Of a stretch of DNA of 64,000 nucleotides, positions 47,981 through 62,682 are shown piece after piece. The DNA lies in the NCBI GenBank assembly GCA_964106645.2, contig OZ067043.1; one strand, given 5' to 3'. The translations under genes were made by a program, and so were the position numbers. Source of the stretch: Podarcis pityusensis. Lineage: Eukaryota. The notes below the pieces were generated by a model. It worked only from the letters and a program-made list of their open reading frames with translations, ran no database searches and had not been told where the DNA came from. Each line of letters starts with the position of its first letter. Positions within the stretch are counted from its first letter, which is position 1.

Positions 47981-50383
47981 CATCATCATCATCACCTGAA
48001 AACAGTGTAGGTTATTATTGATAAGTCCCCTTACACTGTCAGCTGGTCAGTAAATGTTGGTACAGGGGATGGATTTTAGAGCTGTTTGTCTATTCGACCT
48101 TTCCTCTTTCTCTTTTTACTTTCTCTTTTGCAAAAAAATAAAAAATCACATGGTATGTATTTCTCTGAAAGCCCAGCAGCTCCTTAGAGTTATGTTATTG
48201 TGTGGAGCTGGTCAGCTTCCAGTTAATAACAAAGTGAATATTTTACCCTTTGGAGCTGCAGAAGAGAATTGTGCAAAGAAATATGAAGCGAGTGACTGCA
48301 AAAGGCAAACAAAGGCCGACATTTATTACTTTAGACCATGTCTCATTATTTTGTGGGCTTTGGTCATAATATATGAATGCCTGAGGTTGACAATTAGACT
48401 GTTGTGAATGGCTGTGGACAGTGTTAGAAACAGAGATATGAAAGCTAGGAGTTAAATGGCACCTTAAACCTAGGTTATGGGTGCAACAATGGAATGTCTA
48501 GGCACTTTTTATAACAAGAATACAAAGCTGAAAATGAATGAACTGCAGTTAAAATATTAGAAGAGAGATCCAGAGGTTTTTTATTTTTATCTTTGCTGCA
48601 GCAGCTTCTGACACATAGGAACTACCTGTATGAACAGGGCTTTGGGCTTCTCTGCTCTTCTCCCTTCTAATCACTAGGTTAATTGGTAGCTGAAGAATTA
48701 ACAATTTTCCTCTGCCAGGAGCTATGCTTTCTCCTTCCTAGCAATGGTTAGGATTATGATTCCTTCCTTCCTCGCCTTCTCTGCCTATGGGGGACTATTG
48801 TGGTAGTGGGCCCTTAAACAGGCAGCGCCAGCAGCTTCTCATCTGAACAGCTGAGTAATGTGTAGCCAAGCTTTGGATGGAGCTGCAATATCACAGTACG
48901 TCTGTGGTTCAGTTTATGGGGACACACAAATCAGTGCAAGGATTTATAGATCCAGGGATATTCTTTTAAGGCAGAAGAATCTTTATTGCTGTGGAATACT
49001 GCCTTTTACTGCAGGGTTTCAGCCCCTATCTTATCGTTTGAGAGGAATCTTGCAGTCACTTAAAATATTTCCCTGGCTGAGAAGATTCATTGCTGCTGCT
49101 ACTATATAATGGGACCCCAACATAATGACTCAGAATTATAGCAAAGCATTTTATAGCAAATTCCTGTTCACTGTTAAAGTCTTTATAGTGTCAGAGGGAG
49201 CCATTTCCAGCTTTGATTTGTATCTGAACTAGGGGCTTGTTTGAATGCATTGTACCGAATAAAACAACAGGCAGTTGCACACACATGAACAAACAAGCAC
49301 CCCGAAACAGAAACTATTCTTGTGCCTGCTTGTTTTGTAATATGGTCACACTTGCACACAAATATAAAATGTTTGAGTACAGATCATTCACAGATTATTA
49401 GAGTTGCATTAGAAACAGAGTTTCATATCAGCATGCGCATCCACACACGGTTGTAAGCAAATGTGGGTAAACCTTTAGGTGGCTAATGACAGTAATTTAC
49501 AAGTTCAAAATGAAAGCAAGTGCCACAAACAAATAAAAGGCAAAAGCAAAAAGCAAAAGCAGCAGCAATTAAAAAAACAAAATCAACCCAGAAGTGGATA
49601 AAAATAAGCACAGCAGCCAACTGAAAGCAAAAAACCCCAGCCAAAAACCAAAGCACCTCAACAGGTAGAAATTCTTCCTAAAAAGGAAGGTATTCACCTA
49701 GTGATGAAAAGCCAGCAGGTGGACGGGCTGGACAGGCTTCCTTAGGAAGGTGCAGCCACAGAGAAGACCATGAAGCCAATGAATAAAAGCTCCCCAAACA
49801 GCATGAACGTATCTGAATAGAGGTATAAGACTGTTGTAAAAGTGTGTCAGAGGCTGGAGCCTCAGCAGGGGCACCAGGAGAAAGGAGAGACTGTGCTGCT
49901 GTTGACCACTTCCTTGCCTCACCCCTTACCTATCTTCCATACATACTTTGCAGAAGCTTTTAATAGGGGTCAATGAGTATCATGTATCTCACTCTGGCCC
50001 TTCAGTGCCTTGCTTTTCTGCTACAGTTCCCACCTTTGAACGGAGCTGGGTGATCACACACAGGCTGAATCCCTAAATAACACCCCTCAGGTCATCTGCT
50101 TTGCTGGTAGCTAGACTGCTCTCCATCCACTTGCTTTTGTTTCTATCTCCAGTCAGATAGTTTCCATCTCTTTTCAAGCATCAGTCATCTTTCCCTGCAA
50201 TTCTCCCTCTCTCTGGTGCTTTCGTGACCTCTGTTTAGTAAAGGCACCGCCAACATCTCCATAGCAACGCAGGGTGCTCAGAAGGAGATACGGGGATCGG
50301 CTGGCCATTGTAGGGCTTTGAGTGATGTTGCCGCTTCTCACAAAGGAGAGGCACAATAACCACAGATAGCCTGCACATAAATA

Positions 50384-50608
50384 CAGTGGTACCTTGGGTT
50401 AAGAACTTAATTCGTTCTGGAGGTCCGTTCTTAACCTGAGGTACCACTTTAGCTAATGGGGCCTCCTGCTGCCGCTGAGCCGCTGCCACATGATTCCTGT
50501 TCTCATCCTGAGGTAAAGTTCTTAACCTGAGGTACTGTTTCTGGGTTAGCGGAGTCTGTAACCTGAAGCATCTGTAACCTGAAGCGTCTGTAACCCGAGG
50601 TACCACTG
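50384..50608. mobile_element. Tc1/mariner (Tigger/pogo-like) MITE
   Basis: TIRs CAGTGGTACCTTGGGTTA / TAACCCGAGGTACCACTG (17/18); TA TSD at 50382-50383 and 50609-50610; internal TCTGTAACCTGAAGC repeats. Confidence 0.9.
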
Positions 50609-50714
50609 TACCCCCATTGGATTTTGTAAGGATGGCGGAGTCTTGTCCATAGAGCTGTATGTGGTCACCCACATATTGGATGTATAGCTGTAGAAAGTGA
50701 AAAATTAAAAATAT

Positions 50715-50928
50715 CACATTTGCATCTCACCTTTCCTCCAAGGAGCTCAAGATACTGTACCTGGTTCTCCCTGTGCCCATTTTATCCTCACAGCACAACC
50801 CTGTGTGATAGGTTAGGCTGAGAGATGGTGATTGGCCCAAGGTCACCCAGTGAGCTTTGTGTCTTGAGTGGGGGCTTGAACCCTGGTCTCCCAAGTACTA
50901 CTTTGACAGTCTAACCACTACCCACACT
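50715..50928 (-). mobile_element. tRNA/CORE-type SINE
   Basis: cacctttcctccaaggagctcaag...ttatcctcacagcacaaccctgtg...cccaaggtcacccagtgagc...cttgaaccctggtctccc...ctaaccactac (reverse B and A boxes). Confidence 0.75.
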
Positions 50929-51103
50929 TTCAAGTATATAAGATCTTCAGAACTCACTCACAAACCCTTGGGTGGCATCATGTTTTCATTTTTATACAAA
51001 ATTCAGGACCACAAATATTAATACTGATCTACTGGCCAATGTCTTTCAGAATTAAGAGCTTCTCCATACCTGGGGTTTATACTTGGGGCATCTCCCTTTA
51101 GAG

Positions 51104-51240
51104 CAGAAATTGAGAACTTGTGGCACTGCAGATATTGCTGGACTGCATCTCCCATCATCCCAGGCTATTGACCATGCTGGTGGGGCTGATGGGTGTTGGA
51201 GTCAAACAGCATGTGGAGAGCAACTTGTTTCCCCATCTTC
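51104..51240. mobile_element. Palindromic non-autonomous DNA transposon (hAT-like MITE)
   Basis: cagatattgctggactgcatctcccatcatcccagg...ggggctgatgggtgttggagtcaaacagcatgtgg; the arms are self-complementary. Confidence 0.7.
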
Positions 51241-51912
51241 TCTACAGGAACAAGACCCTCTGCCTGGAGCTCTTTCAAACCTCCAGAATTAGACAGAAGC
51301 ATAGCTAACATAGGCTTTCCTTTATGCAATTTCATGGAAGACCTGGCCTTGAATTTCATAGCGTTATTATAATGAATAAAGTTATTGGGGGGGGGGGGGA
51401 GAGAGAGAGAGAGAGAGAGAATGAGGGTGTTCGGCAAAAGGCCTGGTTTCTGGTAAGCCAATTCCATGGTGATCATAGAGACAAATGTGAATAGACTATA
51501 TTTACAAATACATTTGCATTTGATGCTACAGAGAAGGGAGCTCGGCAGAGTTGGGCTATCAGATGATCTTCTCTTTATAACACTTTATTGGAGGCAGTAA
51601 TTTACAACCCAAGGATCATGTGCATGTTGTACTCACACAGACCTAGTCTGTGGCGGATGGGGTCATCTGGGCTGCTGAGTATGAATGTTACCTAAATGAG
51701 GGCAGACATAGGGGAGTAAAAAGCCTCAGGCAGCTGTCGTAATTGTTGTTTCATGGGCTCTCTGAGTCTCCAAACTAATGGACGTTTAAGATGTCAAAAA
51801 TAAGAATAAGTGTAGAACTGAACTAGGGTGCTGTTCATACCCTAGATGGATTTGTAACTTATGGGAAAGAGAATGAAAAACACTGTAAATAGAATATTCA
51901 CAAATGCAAGTA

Positions 51913-52152
51913 CAGCCATACCTCGGAAGTCAAACGGAATCCATTCTGGAAGTCTGTTCGACTTCCAAAACGTTCGGAAACCAGGGCACGGCTTCCGATT
52001 GGCTGCAGGAAACTCCTGCAGCCAACCGAAAGCTGTGGAACCCGCGTTGGACTTTTGGGTTCCAAAGAACGTTCGCAAACCGGAATACTCACTTCCGTGT
52101 TTGCGACATTCGGGAGCCAAAACGTTAGACTTGCAAGGCGTAAGTAAGACTG
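51913..52152. mobile_element. Tc1/mariner (Tigger-like) MITE, CpG-retaining
   Basis: TA|CAGCCATACCT...AGTAAGACTG|TA; central palindrome GATTGGCTGCAGGA-AAC-TCCTGCAGCCAACC. Confidence 0.8.
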
Positions 52153-55100
52153 TATTTTCTGTGTAAAGCCTGCAATATAAATGTTTCCCTGTCCCCCGAC
52201 TGCCATATTCAATACATTTGGCTACTTATAAGCATGAAGGATTTCAGATATGAATCAATCTCTGAGTGGCACGCTAATGTGAGATGGATTTAATTAATTC
52301 TGTTTCCATCCCTGAGTGCCAGCAAATATTTATGGAGAATAAAAAATGTTTGGGAGAGGAGGTGGAAGTATGCTGGCTTGTACCTTCATGCTCAAGCCCT
52401 TCTCAAATGTTATTGGTACTTAAAGGTGCCTGGGGGAGGGGAGGGGCATTGTGTACCTGATGGGGCTCTGTATGCACATTAAACTGAACTTACACTTAGA
52501 CAGTGCCTCTCTCTCTGAATTCTTTCAAAAACTCATATAACATCTGAAAAGGACTTCAGATTTAAGCAATACACAAGTCCAGGCAGGAACAGCTGAAGGG
52601 AGACAATCAGACCCAGCAGCGCAGGGACTGGCTATGGATATATAGTGATTCTGATATTTTGCTTAAGATGCTAAAATGACCAAACCCTGCTCTTTTGCCT
52701 TTGGGGAAAATGTATTCTAAAATGATCCTGGCCATTTCTTGTGCGTTTTAAGTATTTCTGAATGCCAGCTGGGGATTGCTGCTTGCACTACAGATGGCCT
52801 TAGCTTTGGCTATTAAGGGTAATATCCTCAACTGATAGCTCCAGCTGTCTTTCATTACATGGTATACTATGCAAGGCAAGGTCTTTGAGAAATAACTGAT
52901 GTGCCATATTTTATATATATGCTCTTCGTGAGTCTTTCTGTAAGCTAGGTATAGTGCTTCAGGGATACAGAGGAATATGACCAAAATATGGGTCAGTTAG
53001 GTCTGCTTCTTTTAACCCATGATTCTCCGCAATGTCTGCCATGGGTTTCAGCTCATGCAGACATGGAGAAAGTCACTTGTGTTCATGCCGGTTGGAATGC
53101 CAAAAATCAATTCAGATTAATTTCAGCATGTGGTGTCACATGCATACAACCAATTTGGCTCATAGCAGCACAGCTGTAAAGTAGAGTGGGCTGAATGATA
53201 GCAATGGCTGTGGTGAGTCGAAAAGTTGTGTTCTGAGGATAATGCCAAAGCCAGTGCTATCTGGAATACACTTCATTAAGGAGCCAAGTTTCTTTTGCCA
53301 ACCTAGCAGCACCTGGTCGGACATCCTAGTGAACATGATGAAGCTTGTTGCAAACTGTCGTTGCAAATGGAGTTCAAAATTCTACAATAGGAAGGGCAGG
53401 GGCCTCTCTGAAAGCAGACTGTGGAAGCAGAGATCAAGTTGGGATTGCTGCCATGCCTTGAATGAACGTGGCTCTGCAAATGGTGTACAACACTGAGGCC
53501 TGTTAGCAAAACTCACGCTCAGTTATGGGTTTGGGGAATGGTTTGAGTCTTGTTATTTTATTTGAGTTCCAAACACTGTCAGTGCCAATGGTATCAGACA
53601 GGGTAATTAGTGTGGTGGAAAGAAACAACACAACTGCCTGTTCTAAGATCCGCAAAGATGCTGTGGCTGGTACTCTCGTTCACTTTCAGAAGATGAGCAG
53701 AGGCCATAAGGAGAAAACTAACAGCCACAGTTGTTCATGATTTTGGCAGTGTGCTGCTGTATGCCAGTTTCATTGCAGCTGTGAAATCTAGTTCACATCT
53801 GCGCACAGTACAGTGCTCCTTCATTTGCCACCAAGTTCATTAAGCTAGTGCCAACTGCACAAGTGAACCAGTTGCCTTTAGGAATCCCGCATTCATACTT
53901 GTGCTAGTTTGTACCTGTTTGGAAGATGAATATTGCCATGAATGCAGTGCTTTCTTTCTTTTTGTGTACGCATCTGACATTATCTCTGCCTAAAAGCAAT
54001 CAGTTGTACTAAACTGCTGGGCTGCTACATTTGATGGCTGAAGTGTGGTAGTGGGGATAAGTGATTGGGGATTGCTGATGCAAGGAAATAAAAATATATC
54101 TATGGCTCCTTTTCATTGCTTGGTGCAACGTTTCCTGCCCAAATCATCAGCTGTCTTCCTTGTTGTGCAATGCCCAGGCTTTCTTTTCCTGTGCTACATC
54201 CTCTCTTCCCTATTAACCCCAGTGTCAGCAAAAGTCAGTGCTGATTTGGGGACTTTGTGCCTTAAAGAGAAATGCCCTTGATTTGGCAATTGGGAGTTAA
54301 TGGCAGGGACAGATGCATTCTACAGATATAAGGGATAGTCGTAAACACTTAGCTTTTTCATCCAGATTTGTTCATCAGGAATAAATAGCTTGCCATAGCT
54401 CTGACTTCAGATCATTAATTGATACCAGTTATGAACTCATATTTAAGGTTGTATTCTTAATTATGTAATTGAATATGTGTTATCTTTTAATGTGTGTGGA
54501 TTACTCATTACTTCTCAAAGTCAGGTCACACATGGTATGATGACTGGGCTACTTTCCCCCTTACCATTGTTTCAGTGTCTTTGGGGTTGCAATCCTTTGT
54601 CTTTTAGTTCTCAATAATTAATGGTAAAGGATGGGGCTGGAGGAAGATACTATTTGCTGAAACATCCTGCAGACTATCAGTGCTGGACTGAAGTTCCTCA
54701 CTTTTAGAATTGCCACTTTAGGAGAGCTATTCTCTCTGCTCACACTAAGAGTTAAAATGCTATTTGATCTCGGCACAATTTTTTGATTTGTGTAGCAACA
54801 AGATATAGAGGGTTCTCTAAACAGTTTCTCGCTATTCGCCGATAATTGGCTGCATGCTCTTGGCTCTGGGCATCTTGGGAGATGTGAAACCTGCTCATGC
54901 CAGTGGTGCCCCTGTGTTCCTGTAACAACCCTCCCTTTCCATCTTGCTGAAAGGAACTTTGTAGTGAAGCAAGGTGTTGGCAGGAAACACTTAAGCATGT
55001 CCTTAATGGAAACTTTAAATTAATGGTGGGGCCTTCTGCGGAAGTGAAATATTGGCAGTGTGGTCTCATAGGGGTGAAACACCATTAAGGATATACTGCT

Positions 55101-56756
55101 ATTTGTGGCTTGTCCTCAGGTCAAGAGTGCTGCACAAAACTGCTCTCCTTTTCAGTGGATCAGGTTTTTGCTGGAAGTTGGTCTAAAGAAATGGTGGCTC
55201 TAAGTGCTATACATCATTCTGGGGTCAACAGTGTGCTGCACATTGCAGTCGAGTCATGTCCTTAGACACATGCTACTATTCAGTTCTCATCTTTATGGTC
55301 CAGTATTTCTCATGAGGACATGTGCAGTGGAACAGCAGCATCATTGGGTCCACAAAGACCATGATGATCGGGGAGAAAGCTAGAACAAAGCAGCTAATAT
55401 TGCCAAGAGCTCCTATTGGGGGCAGGGGGTGGAGAGAGAAGAAGCTGGACCAAACCTTCCTTTCTTCCTCGCATGGTGTGCATAGGGCAGCATGGTTGTT
55501 TGATTCAGTGTGGGCATGGCACCACGATTCTTTCAGAGCCACTGGTTTGTTTGCAGCTGAATATCACCTCCAAAGTGCAGTTAGGTTTAGCAACTTCATA
55601 GGAAACTCTGTGAAGGTGGAAGTAAGGTATTCACATTTCCTTTAGTTTGAAGCCGATTCAAAACTTGGAACAGGCCAGGGGCTACTATGGTCTGCGTGGC
55701 TTGGTGTCATTTCAGAATTCAGGTGGCTTTCTTGAATGGTCCATTTCACCAATGTCTCTCTGCATATGGAGAATTGGTTAGGGGAAGACTTTCTAGCTGA
55801 GCCCTCTCTTTAACATGTTACACTTCAACTGGTAGGTTTTGATGGGGAAAGCTTTGTGATAAGCCATTTATGTATTTTGAGGCTTAAACTTGGACCCACA
55901 GTGTTAAAAAAAGGTCCCTTTCAGCTCTTCTAAGGAGGTCAGCTCCTGTCTACTGTTTACTTTAGCATCACCAACACTACTTGGCAGGGCAAGATATGTG
56001 TAAGTCCCTCCTAATAGGAAGAAAAATGTATTTATCTTTTGTTAATTAGTCATGTAGTTCCCTCCAGCTTTACCTATAGTCATATAGTATGGGATCCATC
56101 TGTAATGAGTTTTAGAGGCTATGCCGAGGCTGTGGGTTGCTGCGGAGGAGACAGACATGATTGCAACTCTGAATGTTCTTCTCAATCTTTCTGTGCTTTG
56201 CTAGACTGATTGGAAGCACTGGTTCTGAGAACTCTCACTGAACCCTTCTTCACCATCCAAGGCCTTTTGCTGCCATCTTGTGGCTGGATATTGCAGGTGG
56301 CGTGCTGCTTATACAGGGAGGCAACACAGAAATGTTAAGTGTTGCAGAAGGAGACTTGATTTGGCAGCTTGTGGTATAATGTGCAAGCCCAGCTCTGAGC
56401 TCCTCTCCCCTTAATTGCTTTACCATCCTGCTACTAACTAGTCCTACAAAACTCCTTCTAGGGGCCTCTTCATCCCCATCCCTCTAAATGCTTTTACTTT
56501 GAGTCAGGGACAGCACAGATAAATGCACTGTAAATGCATACTTTACAATGCTTCCCATGTCTTCAAAATTGTAGCTGTGATTTCCGAAATACCTCTCTTT
56601 TCTATCCAATAGCCACCTACTATTCCACTTGCTTGCATTTTTACCAGGGCATTTCACTCCTGATCTGTGCATCAGTCTCTTTAGCTCCAGTAACCTGTTG
56701 GTGAACACCTGTGGCTACTAGTTATAATGGCTGTGTATAACCTCCAGTATCAGAGT

Positions 56757-57161
56757 AGGTAAAGGTAAAGGTAAAGGTAAAGGTAAAGGTAAAGGACCCC
56801 TGAACAGTTAAGTCCAGTCAAAGGTGACTATGGGGTTGCAATGCTCATCTCGCTTTCAGGCCGAGGGAGCTGGTGTTTGTCCACAGACAGCTTTCCGGGG
56901 TGTGTGGCCAGTGTGACTAAACTGTTTCTGGCGCGATGGAGGATCTTGACGGAAACCAGAGCACACAGAAACGCTGTTTACCTTCCTGCTGCAGCAGTAC
57001 CTATTTATCTACTAGTGCTGGTGTGCTTTCAAACTGCAAGGTTGGCAGAAGCTGGGACAGAGCAGCGCGAGCTTATGCCGTCGCACGGATTCGAACTGCT
57101 GACCTTCTGATCAGCAAGCCCAAGAGGCTCAGTGGCTTAGACCACAGCGCCACCCGTTCCC
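56757..57161 (-). mobile_element. Sauria SINE (Squam1), full length, inserted in an older LINE 3'-end fragment (~56715-57325)
   Basis: (GGTAAA)n = (ACCTTT)n tail on the minus strand; body motifs gtttaccttcc...gtacctatttatctact and gtgctttcaaactgc; head GGGAACGGGTGGCGCTGTGGTCTAAGCCACTGAGC with B box GTTCGAATCC. Confidence 0.9.
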
Positions 57162-60146
57162 TTGCCTCTGAAGAGGAGCAACAGAGAGAGGGCCATTGCA
57201 CTCATATCTTACTTCTCTCAGACTATTGCATTTGTGCCATAGTGGGCTTCTCATAGGCGGGTGGTTGGCTACCGTGAAACCAGATGGACCTTCGATCTGA
57301 TCCAGCAAGGCTCTTCATATGTAGTTATTCTGAAAACTATGTGACTATTTATAAATGGGACTGTGTGTATAGTTTTAGGGAGAAAGGAAGAAGAAAAGCA
57401 GAGGTGCAATGAATTGTAGTACAAATGCAGTGCTCTTATACCAGAAATATGAATGTATCTACTCTCTGAGAGGTGCAGAGCATGGGTAGTATGTCTGCAC
57501 TTAGTTATTAATCATTGCCATGTATCATGGCAACTTAACTGATGGCTACTTATTCAATATTAAGTTAATATGTGCCACACTAGATGGTAATGGCATGTTT
57601 TCCCCCCTGGTGTACGTGGAATGTTGTCTACTAATGGGAGCTAATAACATGTGTGGTGTGCAATGCATTGAATTTTTCCATCAGTTGTGCACTGGCTGCT
57701 ATCCCAAAAGCTCTTATGAGAAAGTTCCACTGAAACTGTATGATTGGGCCAATAGCTTCAAACTGAGCTGATGGAAATAAAGCTAAATAGAAATGAATCT
57801 TGGAACTTGGTGGTGCTCTGTCCTGAAGTGCTGAACACAGGCCACTTTAGTGAAGGTTGCCTTAGTGAGGACATGCACGATTACAGTTTGTATTTATTTA
57901 TTTATACTTACATTTGGTCATCTCATAAAGTATCAGGGCAATTTACAACAATGTGTAAGTAACAAAACATGAAAAGCTATTAAAAACAATTCAAATACAG
58001 AATTTCACCACACAAGGCCATCGCCTCACATAGATGCTGAGAGTAGCTTTGGAAGGATTTGAACTTTGTGTCTTTCGTATGGTCCATTTGCAAGAAAAGT
58101 ACTTAGTCTTTCTCTTCTTTCCTGCCATATCCTCAAAGAACCAGTCAGTTCTAGGCTGGTTTCTGTGGGATGGGGCCACAGAGTCTATTTATGATCCCGA
58201 TTGTCTTTGACATCTTTTTCTCATGTGGAATGTTTTGACTTTGGGCTTTTTGCAAAAATAATTTAAATTCTTTAACTAATTGGCACATATATGCATGCTT
58301 AACAAATCTCTGTGTGTCTTCTTTATGAAACTGCGAGCATCAGTTTTACCAGACACTACCTATGTGGCACTTAAATAAAGGGAGAAGGACCTGTGGTGCA
58401 TGCACCTTTATCACCCAAATTTCCCTCTGCTTGCTTCTGGAAAACATTTTAGAAAATGTTTCATTTCTTCAGGTAATACCGTATAACTTGTCATTTTTCA
58501 AATTGTGCCAGTGTCCAGTAACTCTTCTAAGCCTTAAGAATGTGGGTCTTATTTCTAGACTGAATGCTCCTTGGTTTATCTTCCTGAGCATCGTATATCA
58601 TTCACAAAACTGCCTGCCCTTGGAAATGCCCATACAGGCATTTACAAACTGTGATTGCAGCCCCCTTACACCATGGATAACAAGAGCCTGCATACATGAA
58701 GCCTTTCTGTATAAGGCAGCCTTTGCAGACCTTTGAGTCATCTAAGTAGGTCCTTTCTGAATCCAGACTAATTTTACTAGGCATATAAACACAGACACAC
58801 ATAGATACACACAAACACTGATAAATACACCCACTCACCCTCCTAATAAGCCAGCATAGAACAAGCAAACAGAGACTCCGTTTCATTCTGATTTCCTCAA
58901 ACAGTGAGCTGTTTTGTATCAACTACCCACAGGAATCTTTGCAGGGAGTCCACTGTTTTGGGTGCTGCTTATCCTCTGTACATTTTTTGCTGGCCTGTAC
59001 ACAGACAGGCACTGTCCACAACAAACCGCACCATGCAGTCTCAACAGCTTCTGGTCTCTGGCTGACTGCAGCTACAATCCTGAACATCCAGTGCTTCCCC
59101 ACCGAGAACTAAAAGTCCCTTGACACCTGCAAACACAGGCTGAATAGAAAAAGTACAGGGAGAGGAGGCACTTGGTTGAGAGGGGTCTGCAGGGAGCCCA
59201 TGGCATCCCTTGTGCTTCAGAACAAAATCCAAGCCAGCTATTGGCAAAGACTCTTATGGTCAATTGTGGAGGGAGGAAGGGAGATCTGCTTAAAGCTGTA
59301 GTTCCCTCAACATGGAATAGTGTTTCCTAGAGAGGTCGCTAAGCATAGCATTTGATTCTTCCAGGCTTCCACTTTGATATCTGAATGGGTCAACTCATTG
59401 TTTTTTTGCACTGCTTTTCACTACAACTTTTCAGTGATGACCTTCATGGAAGATCAAACTTTTCTCAATTGGAGAGGCTTGCTGGAATTTGAGAATCTCC
59501 TCTTTAGGTGCTGATTCTGTCCTGGTTCTTCCAAACACGGGCTCTTACTTGGAAGTATGAAAGAGATTATTTATTCAGGCAAGTAATGGTGCAGGCTCAG
59601 TAGCAGACACAGTTCTTGGGAGCAGGAAAAGGAGAACTGGACAGAAGTGATGGAAGATGTCCTAACAAGTTTCCCTGCCTCTCTTGCCAAACCTTTGAAT
59701 GCAAGGTGTGATGTGCTCACTCGCAAGAGTCTCTTGCCTTGTGGAAATATTGAGATTGCAAGTGTGCGCTCTACTGGGTGAGTCTGCTCCCATCTGTGAA
59801 TGTGGCACCTGATTGTAGGTGACACGACAAGCGCCCTTCTGTTCAGTCGCATCTCATCAGTTCTGCATCTCCCTGGTTGATCACTATAATTCTTGACCAC
59901 TGTAGATCAACATAACACATACCAGTCTGTTCAGGAATGGGGCTCTGACCCAATAGAGAGGGACTCAGATGAGCTTTGTGGGGGGGGGGTTGGGGGAGAC
60001 ATATTGGCTTCACAAGTGGCCTTCAGCTTGTTCAGCCATTGGCTACAACCCATTTTTTAATGATGCAGATGTGCTCCCTTGTTTCTTGAATATGCAAATA
60101 AAGTAGAATGTAGTGAGGGAATAGTGTGAGAGTAGACTGGCCACAG

Positions 60147-60312
60147 CCATATCATGCATTTAAAACATGTGGCTTTCCTAGAGGAATCCTGGGAGCTGTA
60201 GTTTGTTAAGGTTGCTAGGAATTGTAGCTCTCTGAGGGGGGTACACTCCAGTTCCCAGGATTATTTGGGGGGAGGCAATATGCTTTAAATGAGCTTTAAA
60301 TGCATGATATGG
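60147..60312. mobile_element. Palindromic MITE-like element
   Basis: Perfect 18-bp inverted repeat CCATATCATGCATTTAAA (60147-60164 / 60295-60312) and inner arms AATCCTGGGAGCTGTAGT / ACTCCAGTTCCCAGGATT. Confidence 0.75.
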
Positions 60313-61179
60313 ATACAAAATTCATTTACACCAGTCTACAGAGTACTGATCTTTCTGAAATGAATACCTGTGCTGCCCTTTTCAAGTTATATGCATGCTT
60401 CTCAAGAGCCACGTTTTCTAAATGGAAGAGGGGGAGTGGATTGTGATTTGCTGAGTGTAAGTGCAGTCATGCTAAGTTACTAAAAGAGGGAAATGCAAGA
60501 CAAGTATTTGAAACTTGCAAGTATTAAGTGGGGCTTTTTTCTGAAGCTGTTATGCTTTTACAGAATTATGGTGAACTCTGGCTCAATCTTTCTCTGATGG
60601 CATTAACTTTTCTCAGAAGATGAAAGAGAAGCCCATTTGGAATGGCTCGGCTCAGTAATACTCTTGGAGACTGATCCTTTTAGAATGAAATAAGGAGAGG
60701 ATGGATTGGCAGAGAGGATGAAAATCTAATCTATTGGTACTTTATGGGTAGCTACCTTGCTACAAAGAGATTGTGTCCCACCAGCAGTTCTGCTGCTAGA
60801 CATTGGAACACTGCAGGGGGTGTAGCCTTTTTGAGAATCCATTTGAGCAGCTGTTGAGAACAAGGGCGAGGAAAGTCTTTGAGGTGTCCTGCCTTGGCCA
60901 CATATAGCTTGCACCAACCCCCTAATGTCCAGTCCTCTTCTGTATATGGCACTGATGAAATAATGTGTCAGTTTTAATTACTTCAACAGTGTACCTTTCA
61001 TTTGGGCTTCCTCTCCTTTCACACAGTATTGATTTTTAATAGCAGACCTGGATCAAATATAATAATTATTCACGTGATGGATCTTACCAACAGATATTCT
61101 CAAAAAGGCCAATTTCTGTGGAAGAATCAGCGTTGTCAAGCGAAATAGGCCAGGGGCATTTACTGGTAGTGCTTCGTAA

Positions 61180-61262
61180 CAGGATGCATTGATTTAAATA
61201 AAGGTGGTTTAAATTACCAAGAAAAAAAGGCCAATTTAAAGCATTGATTTAAATCAAGTTTC
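61180..61262. mobile_element. Probable hAT-end remnant with GATTTAAAT repeats
   Basis: caggatgcattgatttaaat...ggtttaaatt...gcattgatttaaatc. Confidence 0.4.
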
Positions 61263-62682
61263 CAATTTGGAGCAATCTACTTCCTGATTAAGCATGCTAC
61301 ATTGTTGCTATAACAATTAAAACAGATTTTTGAAATCGTCCTGGGATGAATCCTGGCCATGGAGATCACATACACTACAAAAATTATATTTGCTTAGGGG
61401 AAAAAGATGAATTTCTGCCAGCCTCAGTTTGTTCACATGTGAAGGTACTATGGTGTTGTATCTGTATTGTGAATTCTGCAACATTCGAAAGTACTTTTCC
61501 AGCATCAGTCTCGTCTTGAGAGCACTGCTTGTTTAGTAAACCATTCAAATACATTAGCGATGTTATCTTCACAGGCATTATTAACGTCAGATAGTGTATC
61601 TTAGGCTAGATTATAAGTGATCTGCAATAGTGTGAATTAGCCATGTCTTAATGTTACTTTGCTCATCAGAAAGCAACAATATACAATTTCACTTCTACTT
61701 TTTATTTAAAAATAGTTTTTTTTAAAATTCAGGTTTTCACATCTCATAATTCACATAATGTGAGCATGTGTTCCTTTCCCTCTCCCTCTGTATATGTATG
61801 CTGTATGCTGTATAATATGTATGCATAGCTACCTATCCATATACCTTGTTGTTCCTTGAGAAAACACAGAGCGGAGATCCCACCCAAGCACTGATCAAGT
61901 CTACTATCCATTGGCAACCTCTTTGTTTTAGCTTTCATTGTAAGAACTTATTGGAGGTAGAATGTTTGCTTAGTGGAATGTTTCTGTATGCAGCTGGGGT
62001 TTATTATTTTTAAGAATGCAGATCCAGATTGGAAGTGGGCCTACTGTAGTCCTTTTGGGCGTACAGTACCCTACGAGCTCTGTGTGTGGTTTGAACTCTC
62101 ACCTCGAGTTCCTACCCTGCTGCTACTGTATGTATAATAACTGTCTTGAGCCACCCTCTTGGCTGATTCAGGCTGTAACATCTGGAACGGGGTCTGAATC
62201 GCATGGTTTGATCCAATTGCTTCCTTGTTTGTGGGGTGGGGGGGGGGTGACTGCATGGATGGGAAGCGGGTGCACGAGAAGCTGGTCAGAAAAGGTTCCT
62301 AGCAGCATTTGTTGCCAGAGAATCCTTTAATCAGCTTGCCCCCCATATTTCACAATGCAACCAGCATATCTCACAGTGTGGGTGGGAATGTGCTGTGTGT
62401 GTGGAACTGGGATGGGATTTCTAGTTGTGAAGCAGGACAAAATAAAGTTTCATACTCTTTCTCCAGACAGGGTGTATGTTTAGATTTATGGACTGGAACT
62501 GTTGTTTTCCATATCTATTCATTCTTGAGTCACTCCATTGAAAGAGTTGGATGTTGTAATTTATCCCAGAGAAGTATGATGGTGGTGGTGATGGGGCAAA
62601 GGACTCTGTAATCCCATATGAACAGTAATAGAGATTTTGAGAGTTATTTTCTTTTGAACTTCAGCTGTGTACACCAGGGAAT

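Noticed and set aside
56757-56796. (GGTAAA)n array resembling a telomere-like or CRISPR-like repeat
   Set aside because: It is the Sauria SINE (ACCTTT)n tail; no spacers, eukaryotic context.
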